A stretch of DNA of 64,000 bases from Anaerolineae bacterium (GCA_035459145.1 DATHYN010000168.1:11058-75057); one strand, 5' to 3'; positions 17,732 to 28,134 are shown, counted from the first letter of the stretch. Numbers and translations: made by a program. The notes: generated by a model from the sequence alone, not told the origin.

Positions 17732-20317
17732 TTATTTATGGGCGACCCATGCTTCTTCGGCTTGGAGGGCGCGGACTTTGGCGGGGGCTATTTTGCGGTA
17801 AACGGCCGTTGGCTCTTGTTTGTGACCATCAACAGTTAATAGTTCATCAATGGTAATGCCAAACAGGAGTTCGTTTTCGGCCAGATACGGTTTAATTAGG
17901 TTCCAATCGGCGTAGGTGAAGGTATAAAATTCGCCACCGTTGAGTTGGTCTTTGGTGAGACGGCGATGGGGGTCACGGACGAAGATGGCACCACCAGAGG
18001 CGAGGGAGAAGAGATTGCCGCCAGGATAAGGGGTGGGGAGCTCTTCGATTTGGCCGTTGTCGTTGAGGTGGATGCCGTTGAGGATGACAAAGCCACCATT
18101 GTTGTGTGGGTCGCCGGCCATGAAGGATTCGGCGAGGTAGTCGAGGCAAGTGCCGTTGATGACGAAGCGTGGCTTACCGACAGCGTTGATGAGGGGGCGG
18201 CCGGCGGCGTTGCCGAGGATGTAGGCTTGCCCCCCTTTGGCGGCATAGCCAAAGGTTTGGCCGACGTCACCATAGACGACAAGTTTGCCCGCTTTCATAA
18301 TTTGGGCGAGTTGGTCTTGGGCGTTGCCGTGAACGTAGATATCCATACCGTCAATGCCGGAAGCGAGATAGTCGCCACTAGCGCCATAGACGTCGATGCG
18401 GACGTCACTGCTATCGGGGCCGAAGCCGTTGCCAATGAAACGGTGGCCGCCGCAGTGGATGATGAGGAAGTGGCGAAAACCGTTGTTGTAGAGGGCGTTG
18501 AGGCGGGTGGCGACGGAGTGGGGGCCTTCTGGTTCAAAGCCGCGGGCGTCGATGATGGCGGTGCCACCGTCTGCGGTTTGGGCGGGGGTATCGGCTGCGG
18601 TTTGATAGGTGAATTTGGGGGTTGGCTTGGCTTGGATGAGAGCGAAGAGGTCGTTGAGGGCTTGGTGGCAGAGGGCGGTGAGGCTGCTGCGGCGGAGTTG
18701 GCCGAGGGGGAAGCGCCGGTCGACAAGGCCGGTGAGCAAATCGAGGGTTGCTTGACGGCTGTTATCGGTCTCGGTATCGGCGAGGAGGGCGGCGAGACAG
18801 GCGCGGAACTGTTCGTAGTCCCAGTTGGGGAGTTGGTTGGTGATCCATTCAAACCGATTGGTATCGGGGAGGGTAGGTTGTTCGTTGTTAGGGGTGTTGG
18901 TGGGACGGTAGGGAGGACGGCTGGTATCGAAATGGAGCTGTTGGCCGAATTTATCGGTGCAGGTGAGGGTGGCTGCTTGGCCGTCGGCGTCGGGGCGGGC
19001 GGTGAAGATGAAAGCACCGCCATCGGTGTGACTACCACCACGAGCGTTCCAGTAGCGGTCGGCAACGGACCAGAACCGGTTATCGGAGGCGGCGAGGGAG
19101 GTGAGGGCGGCATCGATACCTTGCTTTTCGGAGGCGGCGAAACCGATGGCAGGGCCATCGTCGCCCGCTTGTTGCCAAGCGAATACTTGGGGACGGAGCA
19201 TGGAGGTATCGGTGATACAGGTGAGACGGTAGACGGGTTCTTCGTTTTCGGCTTGGGATTGGGCGATAAGGAAGAACCAAGGGCCATCAGGGGAGCTGTG
19301 CATGTGCATTACTTGCAGATTGTGGTAAATGTCTTGTTTTTCGGGGGGGAGGAGGGTGAAATCTCGTTCGGTGGTGGGGGCGAGAGATTCGATCACATAT
19401 TCGAGGGGGTATTGATAGGTGCGATGGAGGAGATCGAAGACTTGGACAGAGACTTCGGTATCGGTGAGGAAGAGGGGGTAGATGTTGCGTTGAGCGAGAT
19501 ATTCGGAGATGGAGGCGTAATTGGCGAAGTCGCCATTGTGGACGAGGGCTTCGTTCATGCCAATGAAGGGGTGGGCACCGCCGGGGTGCCAGACGCGCCC
19601 TTTGGTGGGGTAGCGGTGGTGGCCGATCCAGACGTGGGCATTGATATCTTCGAGTTGGTAGTAGCGGATGACGTCATCGGCGTAGCCTACCATTTTGATG
19701 ACGAGGAGGTTGCGGCCGTGGGAGAGGACAAAGGCACGGGTGTCGCCGGTGGAAGCGTAGAACTCTTTATTGAGTTGGAAGGTGTTTTGGAAGACGATCT
19801 CGTCTTCGATTTGACGACGGCTGATGTCAAGATTGTGCTCGGCCTGAAAAGCGTCGAACGCTTCCTGTTTGACACGGACGAAATATTGATACACTTCTGG
19901 GGGACGGACATCGAGGCCGTGGAGGGTGGTGTGATCTTCGATATGGGGAGCTTGACGGCTATGGTCGATTTCAAAAATAGTGTTGATATATTTTTCTTCG
20001 ACATCAGCGCGGCAAGATTGATCGAGATAGGCGATAACGAGGAGATAATCTTGTTCGAGAATTTGGCGGGAGACACCAAATTGGTCTGGGTCGAGGCCAA
20101 CGGCGGCGATGCCGCCCCCTTTGCCGTTACCGCGGTTGCGCATCTGTTGGAGGGCTTGGAGCATGTGGCGGCCGCCGATTTTCTCGCTACAGGCGAGACC
20201 GATGACACCACAGCCACCCTCGGCCGCTTGGTTACGGTCATTAAATTGCAAATCCCAATCTGGTTTCAGTTGACGACGGGATTGGAGAATCGTTTTAATT
20301 GTTTGGGGAGAGGTCAT
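17732..20317 (-). CDS. Glutamate synthase subunit fusing a class II glutamine amidotransferase domain to the C-terminal GXGXG domain
   Basis: The N-terminal CGVIGLA follows the propeptide, marking an Ntn amidotransferase. The C-terminal third shows GltB domain-3 repeats: DVRIDVYGASGDYLASGIDGMDIYVHGNAQDQ...VVYGDVGQTFGYAAKGGQAYILGNAAGRPL...FVINGTCLDYLAESFMAG. Confidence 0.8.
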   Translation of the reverse strand: MTSPQTIKTILQSRRQLKPDWDLQFNDRNQAAEGGCGVIGLACSEKIGGRHMLQALQQMRNRGNGKGGGIAAVGLDPDQFGVSRQILEQDYLLVIAYLDQSCRADVEEKYINTIFEIDHSRQAPHIEDHTTLHGLDVRPPEVYQYFVRVKQEAFDAFQAEHNLDISRRQIEDEIVFQNTFQLNKEFYASTGDTRAFVLSHGRNLLVIKMVGYADDVIRYYQLEDINAHVWIGHHRYPTKGRVWHPGGAHPFIGMNEALVHNGDFANYASISEYLAQRNIYPLFLTDTEVSVQVFDLLHRTYQYPLEYVIESLAPTTERDFTLLPPEKQDIYHNLQVMHMHSSPDGPWFFLIAQSQAENEEPVYRLTCITDTSMLRPQVFAWQQAGDDGPAIGFAASEKQGIDAALTSLAASDNRFWSVADRYWNARGGSHTDGGAFIFTARPDADGQAATLTCTDKFGQQLHFDTSRPPYRPTNTPNNEQPTLPDTNRFEWITNQLPNWDYEQFRACLAALLADTETDNSRQATLDLLTGLVDRRFPLGQLRRSSLTALCHQALNDLFALIQAKPTPKFTYQTAADTPAQTADGGTAIIDARGFEPEGPHSVATRLNALYNNGFRHFLIIHCGGHRFIGNGFGPDSSDVRIDVYGASGDYLASGIDGMDIYVHGNAQDQLAQIMKAGKLVVYGDVGQTFGYAAKGGQAYILGNAAGRPLINAVGKPRFVINGTCLDYLAESFMAGDPHNNGGFVILNGIHLNDNGQIEELPTPYPGGNLFSLASGGAIFVRDPHRRLTKDQLNGGEFYTFTYADWNLIKPYLAENELLFGITIDELLTVDGHKQEPTAVYRKIAPAKVRALQAEEAWVAHK

Positions 20318-20340
20318 GATTTAATCCTATAGTGAAAAGT

Positions 20341-21651
20341 TTAGCCGATATAGCGGAGGAGGTCACGGCGGCCACGGAGTTGAGCGATGCTGGTGAGGCC
20401 GAGGCGGCGGAGAATATCTTCAAGTTGGTAGGCGATAGCTTGGTAGAGGTTGATGATGCGTTGTGAGCCCCAATCGGTGGTGATGAGGAGGGAGAGTTCG
20501 GGGTCGGTGGTGGTGAGACCATAGGGACAGCCACGGCCACGCTCACAGTTGGAGCAGCGGGTACAGCCCATGGCGACGAGATCGCCGGTGCCGATGACAC
20601 AGCCATCGGCGCCGAGGGCGATCGCTTTGGCCATGTCGTAGGCGGTGCGAATGCCGCCACTAGCGATCACGGTGACTTGGTCGCGGATGCCTTCGCTGTC
20701 GAGGTAGCGATGGACTTTGGGGATGGCGAATTCGATAGGCATGGCGATATTTTTCTTGGCGATTTCGGGGGCGGCGCCAGTGCCACCGTAAGAGCCGTCG
20801 AGGTGGATGATGTGGGCGCCAGCGTAGTAACTGCCGACAGCGACCATATCGACATCGTGGGGGGTGGAGACTTTGACGGAGATGAGGGCTTCGGGGTTGA
20901 TGGCGAGAACCCAATCGACATGTTTGCGGTGGTCTTCAACGGAGTAGACGGAGTGGAAGGGGAAGGGGGAGAAGAGGCTGACCCAAGGGACGCTTTCGCG
21001 CAGTTGGGCGACGGTGGTGGTGCTTTTGTCACCGAGAAGGTGGCCGCCGAGGCCGGGTTTAGCCCCTTGGGCGTATTTAAATTCGATGATGGGGGCATGT
21101 TGGATCGTTTCTTCACGGACACCGAACATACCGGTGGCAACTTGGGTGATGATAACATCTTTATACTCGATGAGAGCGGGCGGGTAGCCCCCTTCGCCGG
21201 TGCAGGTGAAAGTACCCATTTTACGGGCAGCGATAGCACGGGCGACCATGACTTGTTCGCTGACGGAGCCGTAGGACATGCCACCACCGTAGAAGGGGAG
21301 TTTGATGGTGTGTTCGCGGCCTTGGCCGCGGCGGTTGAGGGGGATGGAAAGGTCGATGTTGGTGTCGGTAGCGGTCCATTGGTCTTGAGGGAGGAATTTA
21401 AAGTCGAGGTGGTCGAAGCCACCATCAGAGCGACCGACACGGTATTCAAGGCCGTTGGTGGGTGGTTTGGCGTGTTCGGCCATGTACCAAGTGGAGAGGA
21501 TGAGGTCATCGGTCCAGCGGTGGTCGCCGAGGGCGGGTGGGGGGCCATTTTCTAGCGTTGGCCAGTAGGAAAAGCCATCATGGAGGGCTTTAATATGTTT
21601 ATTAACAGCGATTTGATTAACAGGAATTGTATTATTGTCGTTATTACTCAT
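20341..21651 (-). CDS. Glutamate synthase FMN-binding and Fe-S domain subunit, equivalent to GltB domain 2
   Basis: KYAQGAKPGLGGHLLG matches the FMN-domain signature QGAKPGEGG. ASGGIRTAYDMAKAIALGADGCVIGTG is present. A Cys cluster reads MGCTRCSNCERGRGCPYG. The start overlaps the stop of the upstream gene by 8 nt. Confidence 0.85.
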   Translation of the reverse strand: MSNNDNNTIPVNQIAVNKHIKALHDGFSYWPTLENGPPPALGDHRWTDDLILSTWYMAEHAKPPTNGLEYRVGRSDGGFDHLDFKFLPQDQWTATDTNIDLSIPLNRRGQGREHTIKLPFYGGGMSYGSVSEQVMVARAIAARKMGTFTCTGEGGYPPALIEYKDVIITQVATGMFGVREETIQHAPIIEFKYAQGAKPGLGGHLLGDKSTTTVAQLRESVPWVSLFSPFPFHSVYSVEDHRKHVDWVLAINPEALISVKVSTPHDVDMVAVGSYYAGAHIIHLDGSYGGTGAAPEIAKKNIAMPIEFAIPKVHRYLDSEGIRDQVTVIASGGIRTAYDMAKAIALGADGCVIGTGDLVAMGCTRCSNCERGRGCPYGLTTTDPELSLLITTDWGSQRIINLYQAIAYQLEDILRRLGLTSIAQLRGRRDLLRYIG

Positions 21652-23074
21652 TATAGCCCTCGATACCGGCGAACGCTTCGCGTTCTAAATCTTTGTGGAA
21701 CATAGCGCGGCCCATTTCGCCGCGGAGGCGGCGGACCTCGCGGAGGCCCATCGCGCCCATAATTTCGAGCAGTTGGTCACGCCAAGTGGCCATCACATTT
21801 TGGAGACGTTGGACGCCCCAGGGGATGTTGAGGTTGTGGGGGATGGTGCAGGGGTCGGTGGGGGATTTGTATTGACCTTTGAAGCGAGTTTGGAGGGCGA
21901 CGAGAAGGGGGGTATTGATGATGACGGCATCGAGGCCGGCGATAATCGCTTTGGGAACATGTTCGGCGGCGATGATGCCACCACTGCCGAGAAGGGTGAC
22001 CTCGTCGCGGGTGCCGTTATTGACGAAATGGTTATGGGCTTGGCGGATGAGGTCGAGGACGAAAGTGCCATCGGCGGCTTGGCCGTGGTAGTTGGCGGTG
22101 AGGTGGAAGATACGGATACCAGCGCCGTAGGCGGTGGCGATTGTTTTGAGGTCGGAGAAGGGGAGGCGGAGGGCGATGTGGGTGTGGGGGAGTTGTTGTT
22201 GGACAGTGGCGTATAGATTGGGGTCCCAGCTGTTTAATTCGACAAGTTTGGGGGTGTCGTGGAGGAGGCCGAGTTGGTGGCTGTTATCGGGGGTGAGGTG
22301 AGGGACGAGGTGGGGGCCGTGGAGGTGGTTGTCGAGGATGGTGCCGAGGGGGAGGATGGCGAGAGTTTGGACGTTGGTGGCGGTGCGACTGTAGATAGTG
22401 GGGAGGAGGGGGACATTAGGGTTTGGTGGGGGCATATCGAAGATGATGGGGAGGGGGATGGTGAAGGTATCTGGGGTATGGGTTTGGTCGAGAGAGCCAT
22501 CGGGATTGAAGAAGAGGAAGGGGGGTTTGGCGCCGATGTCGACGACGGTGGAGATAAATTCACGGCCGTGGATACCATCACGAGTGGGGCGGACGATTTC
22601 GGACATATCGGTCCACATGCTGTCCCAGCCGTGGCCGGCGAAGCGGCCGCGGTAGCCGGCGCCACGAACGGGGATGCGGCCGTGTTCGGCTTCGTAGGTG
22701 ATGGCATTGACGTGGGTGGTGTTGAAATAGTTGTCGCCGAGGGTAGCGCGTTCGGGATTGGGGGTGACGGTGACAAAGTCTGGGTGTTCAGTGGTACAGC
22801 GGAGACAGCCAACACAATATTGGTCCCGAGGCATAAAGCCACCAACAGGGCCAGAGAAGACACCATAAAGACAAGGGCGACTCAGCACGGTATCGAGGTC
22901 GCCTTTGTAGTGCCGTAGTTCGGTTAATAACAGTTTAGCTAAGCCGATTTTATTGACAGTGACATTAAAGCGACTGGGCCATGGGATAATATCGGGGGCG
23001 GGATCGGTTTCGATATGATAGCGCACATAGGCGTTGCTATTTGGTGTCGGAGGGGTATGATTATTTGCAGACAT
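21644..23074 (-). CDS. Paralog of the glutamate synthase domain-2 (FMN-domain-like TIM barrel) subunit with N-terminal Cys motifs
   Basis: TLLGSGGIIAAEHVPKAIIAGLDAVIINTPLLVAL resembles the GltS FMN-domain C-terminal barrel. CVGCLRCT is a ferredoxin-like motif. It lacks the QGAKPGEGG signature. AAAGAG lies 8 nt upstream of the ATG at 23074. The tracker start at 23101 is a TTG. Confidence 0.65.
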   Translation of the reverse strand: MSANNHTPPTPNSNAYVRYHIETDPAPDIIPWPSRFNVTVNKIGLAKLLLTELRHYKGDLDTVLSRPCLYGVFSGPVGGFMPRDQYCVGCLRCTTEHPDFVTVTPNPERATLGDNYFNTTHVNAITYEAEHGRIPVRGAGYRGRFAGHGWDSMWTDMSEIVRPTRDGIHGREFISTVVDIGAKPPFLFFNPDGSLDQTHTPDTFTIPLPIIFDMPPPNPNVPLLPTIYSRTATNVQTLAILPLGTILDNHLHGPHLVPHLTPDNSHQLGLLHDTPKLVELNSWDPNLYATVQQQLPHTHIALRLPFSDLKTIATAYGAGIRIFHLTANYHGQAADGTFVLDLIRQAHNHFVNNGTRDEVTLLGSGGIIAAEHVPKAIIAGLDAVIINTPLLVALQTRFKGQYKSPTDPCTIPHNLNIPWGVQRLQNVMATWRDQLLEIMGAMGLREVRRLRGEMGRAMFHKDLEREAFAGIEGYNE

Positions 23075-23576
23075 AATGACTCTTTGGGTGATAGATAGCA
23101 AAGTTCAGTCATTGTTTAAGCCTAAACGGTTTGATTAGCATAAAACTTGACTAAAAATTTACTGGTAGATGTTAAAAAATTTTAGGAAAGAGGGGAGAAT
23201 GTGTAGAGAGTGCAAAATTAGGATTTGGGGAAGACTCTTAACTAAAACTTGGAGAAATTTGAATGTTCATAAGAGGTAATTTTAAGAAAAAAAAGGGGAA
23301 TGGGCAAGGTAAATTGGCCGAGATGCAGACGGGAGAAATTTGGGGTAGAGAAAATGTAAAAATTTATGGTAGGGGGGTGATAAGTAGTTTTACATAAAAT
23401 TACTATTTTCATATTGAAAGTAAAGTGGTATTATAGTATGCAAGTCAATTTCCAGATGGTTTTTGTGTGACTGTAATTGTTTAGCAAAAATAATTGGTAT
23501 GAAAAAACGGCCTTTAGGAAAATAGCTTAGGTGTTAATAAATTGACCTGTTTTAGACTACGAAACGAGATAATTAC

Positions 23577-25451
23577 GTGACTGATATTACAACCATAGAT
23601 AGTCAACAGGATATTTCCCCTCGATTACAAGCGGTGTTACAGCAAGTTGTTGATGATGTTGTGGCCCGGTTGGGTTGCCGAGCGGCGATGGTGGCGACGT
23701 TAGAAGAGGGAAATGCGTTGCAAGGGCGCGCGTTTGCGGTAGCGGTTTCACCGCGCGTGTGGCGGCCGTTGCAAGAGATGATTGGGATATCACCGGTTAG
23801 TTCCGAGGCGGTGATCTTTCTCAACGAGCGCAAATATAGTCAGAATTTAGGGGTGCGGGCGGTTAAAAGCGCGCAAAGTGGTGGAGCGAAATATTTGACA
23901 GGGGAGACGATGCATGATTTGTTCCGACCGGTGGTGGGAAAGAAATTGTGTTGGACATTGCAGAAAGCGTTGGGGGTGAAGCAAGTCATTGCGGTACCAT
24001 TCTTTATTGAAGACGAAGTGGTTGGTAATTTGTTTGCGGCCTCGGATCAGGCGTTTGTACGTCAGGATTTGGAGTTTTTGGTGGCGTTGGGGGCGCAAGC
24101 GGCGGTAGCGATTCAGAGCCAGCGGCATTTGGAGGAGTTGCAATCGTTAGAGAGTATTTTCTTAAATATGCAGGCCAACATTACGGATGAGCAGATGGTT
24201 TTGCAGACGATTGTGGATGCGGTGGTGAATCAATTTGATTTTGTGGGAGCGTTGGTGGCGACATTGGAGGATCATAATGCGTTGCCGGTACGGGCGTACA
24301 ATATTAGTGTGGCGCCGAATTTGATTCATCAATGGGAGTCGATGGCGGGGGTGTCGTTTACGGGGCCGAGGGCGGTTGTATTTCTGAATAATGAGAAGTA
24401 TCAAGACAATTTAAGTGTGCGGGCGGTGAAGGGGTCAGATGGGCATCCGGAGCGGTATTTAATTTCTGATTCGTTATATGATTTATTTCGGCCGATTGTG
24501 CCGAGGGCCGTGATTGCGGTGGCGCAAAAGGTATTGGGGGTGAAACAGGTGATCGCCGTTCCCTTTTTCTTGGAAGATGAGGTTGTGGGGAATTTGTTTG
24601 CGGCGACGACGCGGCCATCATTTACGGAGCGTGAGATTAGTTTATTGACGACATTGGGTCAACAAGCGGCGGTGGGGTTGCGAAATGCGCGGTTGTATCG
24701 GGTGGCGGAGGAGCGGCGTGAGATTGCACAGATGTTTGGACGGATGGCATTTAGCGCCGCGGCTTCTATTCATGCGTTACGCAACCAAATTGGGGCGGCA
24801 CGGTCAATATTGGGCTTGTTGGAACGATTGCCAGCGGCGGATGAGAAGCAAGAGCAGATTTTGGGGTATGTTCCCTCGGCCGTCGAGCGCCTCACCCGAG
24901 CAGCCACCATCTTAGACAATTTACATGAACCATGGCGTCACACAACTGATGAGGAAGTGAATCTAAACGATTGTGTTATTTGGTCATTAGGTGAAGTGTT
25001 TGCCCAATCATCGATTGATCGCCATGCGGCGACACAAACGACAATAGAAGGGGTGACGCTTCATTTAGATTTAGCTGAGGATATACCGGCCGTTATTACT
25101 GTGGCTGATATGTTAACTGAAAGCTTACGCATTATGATTAAGAATGCCAAAGAGGCGATTGTGGAGCATCAGGGTAGTGGTGATTTATGGTTAACATCAC
25201 AGCGATATGGTAATGATGGGTTACAATTTGAGTTGCGTGATAATGGGATTGGGATTGCACCAGCCCATTTGCAACGCATCTTTGATATGGGTTGGTCAAC
25301 AAAAGGGGGGCAGGGTATGGGCTTTGGTTTGTTTTGGACAAAAGATTTTATTGATGGGTTAGGGGGAACAATAGAAGTCAAGAGTATTCAAGGGGAAGGG
25401 ACAACGTTTACAATCACGTTGCCCAATACGCATTCAACTGATTCTAAATAG
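23577..25451 (+). CDS. Sensor histidine kinase with two tandem GAF domains, cytoplasmic and without a transmembrane segment
   Basis: Two internal repeats of about 170 aa (…VIFLNERKYSQNLGVRAVK…KQVIAVPFFIEDEVVGNLFAA…) are GAF-like. The H-box reads HALRNQIGAAR. The HATPase_c N-box reads LRDNGIGIA and the G-box reads GMGFGL. I saw no response regulator adjacent. Confidence 0.85.
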   Translation: MTDITTIDSQQDISPRLQAVLQQVVDDVVARLGCRAAMVATLEEGNALQGRAFAVAVSPRVWRPLQEMIGISPVSSEAVIFLNERKYSQNLGVRAVKSAQSGGAKYLTGETMHDLFRPVVGKKLCWTLQKALGVKQVIAVPFFIEDEVVGNLFAASDQAFVRQDLEFLVALGAQAAVAIQSQRHLEELQSLESIFLNMQANITDEQMVLQTIVDAVVNQFDFVGALVATLEDHNALPVRAYNISVAPNLIHQWESMAGVSFTGPRAVVFLNNEKYQDNLSVRAVKGSDGHPERYLISDSLYDLFRPIVPRAVIAVAQKVLGVKQVIAVPFFLEDEVVGNLFAATTRPSFTEREISLLTTLGQQAAVGLRNARLYRVAEERREIAQMFGRMAFSAAASIHALRNQIGAARSILGLLERLPAADEKQEQILGYVPSAVERLTRAATILDNLHEPWRHTTDEEVNLNDCVIWSLGEVFAQSSIDRHAATQTTIEGVTLHLDLAEDIPAVITVADMLTESLRIMIKNAKEAIVEHQGSGDLWLTSQRYGNDGLQFELRDNGIGIAPAHLQRIFDMGWSTKGGQGMGFGLFWTKDFIDGLGGTIEVKSIQGEGTTFTITLPNTHSTDSK

Positions 25452-25654
25452 TTATATTAGGGAACTGTGGCGGAGCAACCCCAACCTAAATTGATTAATC
25501 CCTACCCATTGTGGCTTGAATTTGGTACACTTAAGGAAAGCTTATTAAGAGGTTTTATTTTTTAGTTTAGTGCCTGAGTAAAATTATGCCGGTTTTCAAA
25601 AATGAAGACGGCATTGTCGCCTGTGGTTAATCATTAATTTGATTAGACCGTGGC

Positions 25655-28132
25655 ATGGGATTATGTTTTATGAGCAGTAATGTAAAACAAACCAACAAAC
25701 CAGACACGCAAGACGAGGTATCGAAACAGGCGTGGCAGCAAGCATCGATTGTGACTGCCAACAGTTTGAATAAGGTAGCTCAAGATGCGCATGAGGCGGG
25801 GATGACACAGTTGTCGTTGCCGCAGATGACAGAGATGGTGGAGTCAGTCTCAAAGGCGGTACCAGCGGGTAATATACCTAGTCTGATATTAGAGCGTTTG
25901 ACGCAGATGCGGACGGAAACACCACCACAAGAGACGATGGATAAAGATATTTATCTATTATTTGATACCTCAAAACGGTTTATGAGTCAGGCGATGTATA
26001 TGACTTTTGCGGTGACGCCGGCCAAAGTGATTGGGTCGTATCAGAAGTTGTTGCAATTGGCGGGGATGGATCCATTGGCGTCATTTCCGGAAGGGGTGTG
26101 GCAATTTTATGTGAATTATGCATTGCGTGAAGATACGGCACGGCATACGAATGAGACGCATGGTTTTGACACGATTTTGAAGCGGTATGGGATTAGTTTG
26201 TCGTTGGTGGATCGGGTGACAGCGTGGGTGATGGGAGTAATTCATACGTTGCATGAGTATGATAGTTTATTAGAGAATGAGTGGCGGGAGCGGACATACA
26301 CCTATATTTTGCAGACAGTGATGGCTGATTCGGATGAGGCGGAGTGGTATGAGCGGATTTATCGGCGGTGGGAGGTGCAACGGCCGTTTCGTCGCAGTCA
26401 CGATGCGAAGTCACAAGAGACATATGCGCGCTATCGGCGACGGTTGTTTGATGAGTTTTTGCGTGAAGCGATAGATAAGTTGACACCAGAGCAGCAGATG
26501 GCATGGGGGCAGGCGGTTAAAGAGGCGAAAAAATCATTGCCCGCCTATCAGAAGCAGATGACGATTGCTTCTTTCTTAGAACCACATGCTTATGGGGAGA
26601 CACGGCATCGCATTCCGATTGATGAGTTGCAGGTGGGTATTATTCATGATGGTCATTATTATTTGATTCCGGCGTGTAAACCGGATACGAGTGAACCGGC
26701 ATCGGTGATGGAGGTACGGGCTCATGTGGCGGCGATTGTGGCGGATGAGGTACGGCCGACACCGACATCATTGATTCCGTTAGCGACGATGAAGCGGGCG
26801 GCATTGGCTGGTTATTTGCCATCGATGAGTAAATTGTTTCGGCAGAATTTAGATTTGTTGTGTAAAGCGCCTATTTTGATTAATACGGAGCCAAGGCCGA
26901 GGGGGTTGCCATTATCAGATTTGCGACAGGCCGAGCGGGGTATTGGATCCCATCCATTGACAATTTTTGATACGCACGAGACGTTTGTCTTTGATCAATC
27001 ACATATTTTCTTTGATGGAGCGTGGGGAGCGGGTTTAGCGGAGATTATTACGGGGCAGGCGTTGGCTTGGGGGCATTATCTGAACAATTTGAAGGTGCCG
27101 GCTGGTCGGAAAGAGGGGGTCGAGCCTTTGTTGTTTGTGTGGGAGAAGCGGGATCGGAAAAATTTGGTGCAGGTAACGGAACAAGTCATGTTAGAGGTGA
27201 GTGCGGAGACGGATGCGGTCGCTTTGCATGCAATTTTGGCCTTGCGCAAGTTGTGTAAGCAACGCAATGATCTGATTACGGTAACGGTTAATGATTTATT
27301 GATTTTGTATCGGGCTATTCATGCGATTACGTATCAGCCACAGGCACAATTGGTGATGGAGTTGGAGCAGTTGGCGACGGAACCAGAAAGTACTGAGGCG
27401 GCGATGATGGCGTTGAATGAGATTCAAAACCATCATAATCCAGCGTTGTTAATTCCAATTGATGCGACTCATCGGATTCCTGGGGATCGCGTTTACCCGA
27501 TGGTGTTTGAAGTGCCCTTGGAAGAGTTAAACTTCCTGAATTTGCACCGTAGCACGGTGAGGGCCTTAGATGCATATGAGACAGGGACGGGTGATCGCAC
27601 CCCGTTATACGCGGAATTTGATCGGTTACAGCGGACATATTTGGCGAACCTAGCCGGTTTTGGTATGGTGTTGACGCGAGCGAAGTTGGCGGCCACAGCG
27701 GGCGAGTCAGTTAGTACACAAGCGATACGTATGTTAGCTAATTTGCCCACAGCAGTACAGCGGATGTTAGATGATATTCCATCCCGTTTTGAAGTGTTAA
27801 ATGATATGATTAAAGGGCGGGAAGTTTTTTCTAATTGCGGGGCGGTGGTGTCAACAAGCTCTTTGACACGGTTTAATACAGCTAAAGATGATAATCAACA
27901 CAAAGTATTAGCTTGGGGCGTTTTAACGGATGCTAAGGGGATTATGCATATTACCTTGCGCGATTTTCGACCACATGTGTGGGCGCTAATCGAAACGGGA
28001 CGGCGTGATTTAGCCCAAAGGATTACAGCAGATTATTTACAAAGTTATGCAATTGGTTTGAATGTTTTTGTTCAGGAAGTACGGCGCATCACCGCGGTTA
28101 GTCGTGAAACCCAACTAGTAATGGATATGTAG
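25655..28132 (+). CDS. Large 825-aa conserved-looking hypothetical protein with no recognisable domain and no transmembrane segment
   Basis: The reading frame is uninterrupted and codon usage is coding-like. Its stop TAG lies 2 nt before the ATG of the downstream Ser/Thr kinase, which implies translational coupling. Confidence 0.6.
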   Translation: MGLCFMSSNVKQTNKPDTQDEVSKQAWQQASIVTANSLNKVAQDAHEAGMTQLSLPQMTEMVESVSKAVPAGNIPSLILERLTQMRTETPPQETMDKDIYLLFDTSKRFMSQAMYMTFAVTPAKVIGSYQKLLQLAGMDPLASFPEGVWQFYVNYALREDTARHTNETHGFDTILKRYGISLSLVDRVTAWVMGVIHTLHEYDSLLENEWRERTYTYILQTVMADSDEAEWYERIYRRWEVQRPFRRSHDAKSQETYARYRRRLFDEFLREAIDKLTPEQQMAWGQAVKEAKKSLPAYQKQMTIASFLEPHAYGETRHRIPIDELQVGIIHDGHYYLIPACKPDTSEPASVMEVRAHVAAIVADEVRPTPTSLIPLATMKRAALAGYLPSMSKLFRQNLDLLCKAPILINTEPRPRGLPLSDLRQAERGIGSHPLTIFDTHETFVFDQSHIFFDGAWGAGLAEIITGQALAWGHYLNNLKVPAGRKEGVEPLLFVWEKRDRKNLVQVTEQVMLEVSAETDAVALHAILALRKLCKQRNDLITVTVNDLLILYRAIHAITYQPQAQLVMELEQLATEPESTEAAMMALNEIQNHHNPALLIPIDATHRIPGDRVYPMVFEVPLEELNFLNLHRSTVRALDAYETGTGDRTPLYAEFDRLQRTYLANLAGFGMVLTRAKLAATAGESVSTQAIRMLANLPTAVQRMLDDIPSRFEVLNDMIKGREVFSNCGAVVSTSSLTRFNTAKDDNQHKVLAWGVLTDAKGIMHITLRDFRPHVWALIETGRRDLAQRITADYLQSYAIGLNVFVQEVRRITAVSRETQLVMDM

Positions 28133-28134
28133 CA

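Noticed and set aside
17945-20332. 795-aa ORF on the plus strand
   Set aside because: It is entirely antisense to the glutamate synthase GATase/GXGXG gene, which has clear homology. Its translation is G/E/V/A low complexity. It is an artefact of strand composition.
20667-21555. Overlapping ORFs of 293 aa (minus strand) and 292 aa (plus strand) inside the FMN-domain gene
   Set aside because: They are alternative frames or antisense to a gene with the canonical QGAKPGxGG FMN-domain signature. Their products are low complexity.
23101-23576. Searched the 475-bp AT-rich divergent region for NtcA/GlnR-type sites or small ORFs upstream of the glutamate synthase operon
   Set aside because: I could not identify a convincing GTA-N8-TAC or other defined operator. 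Only a 15-codon ORF is present. I left it unannotated.
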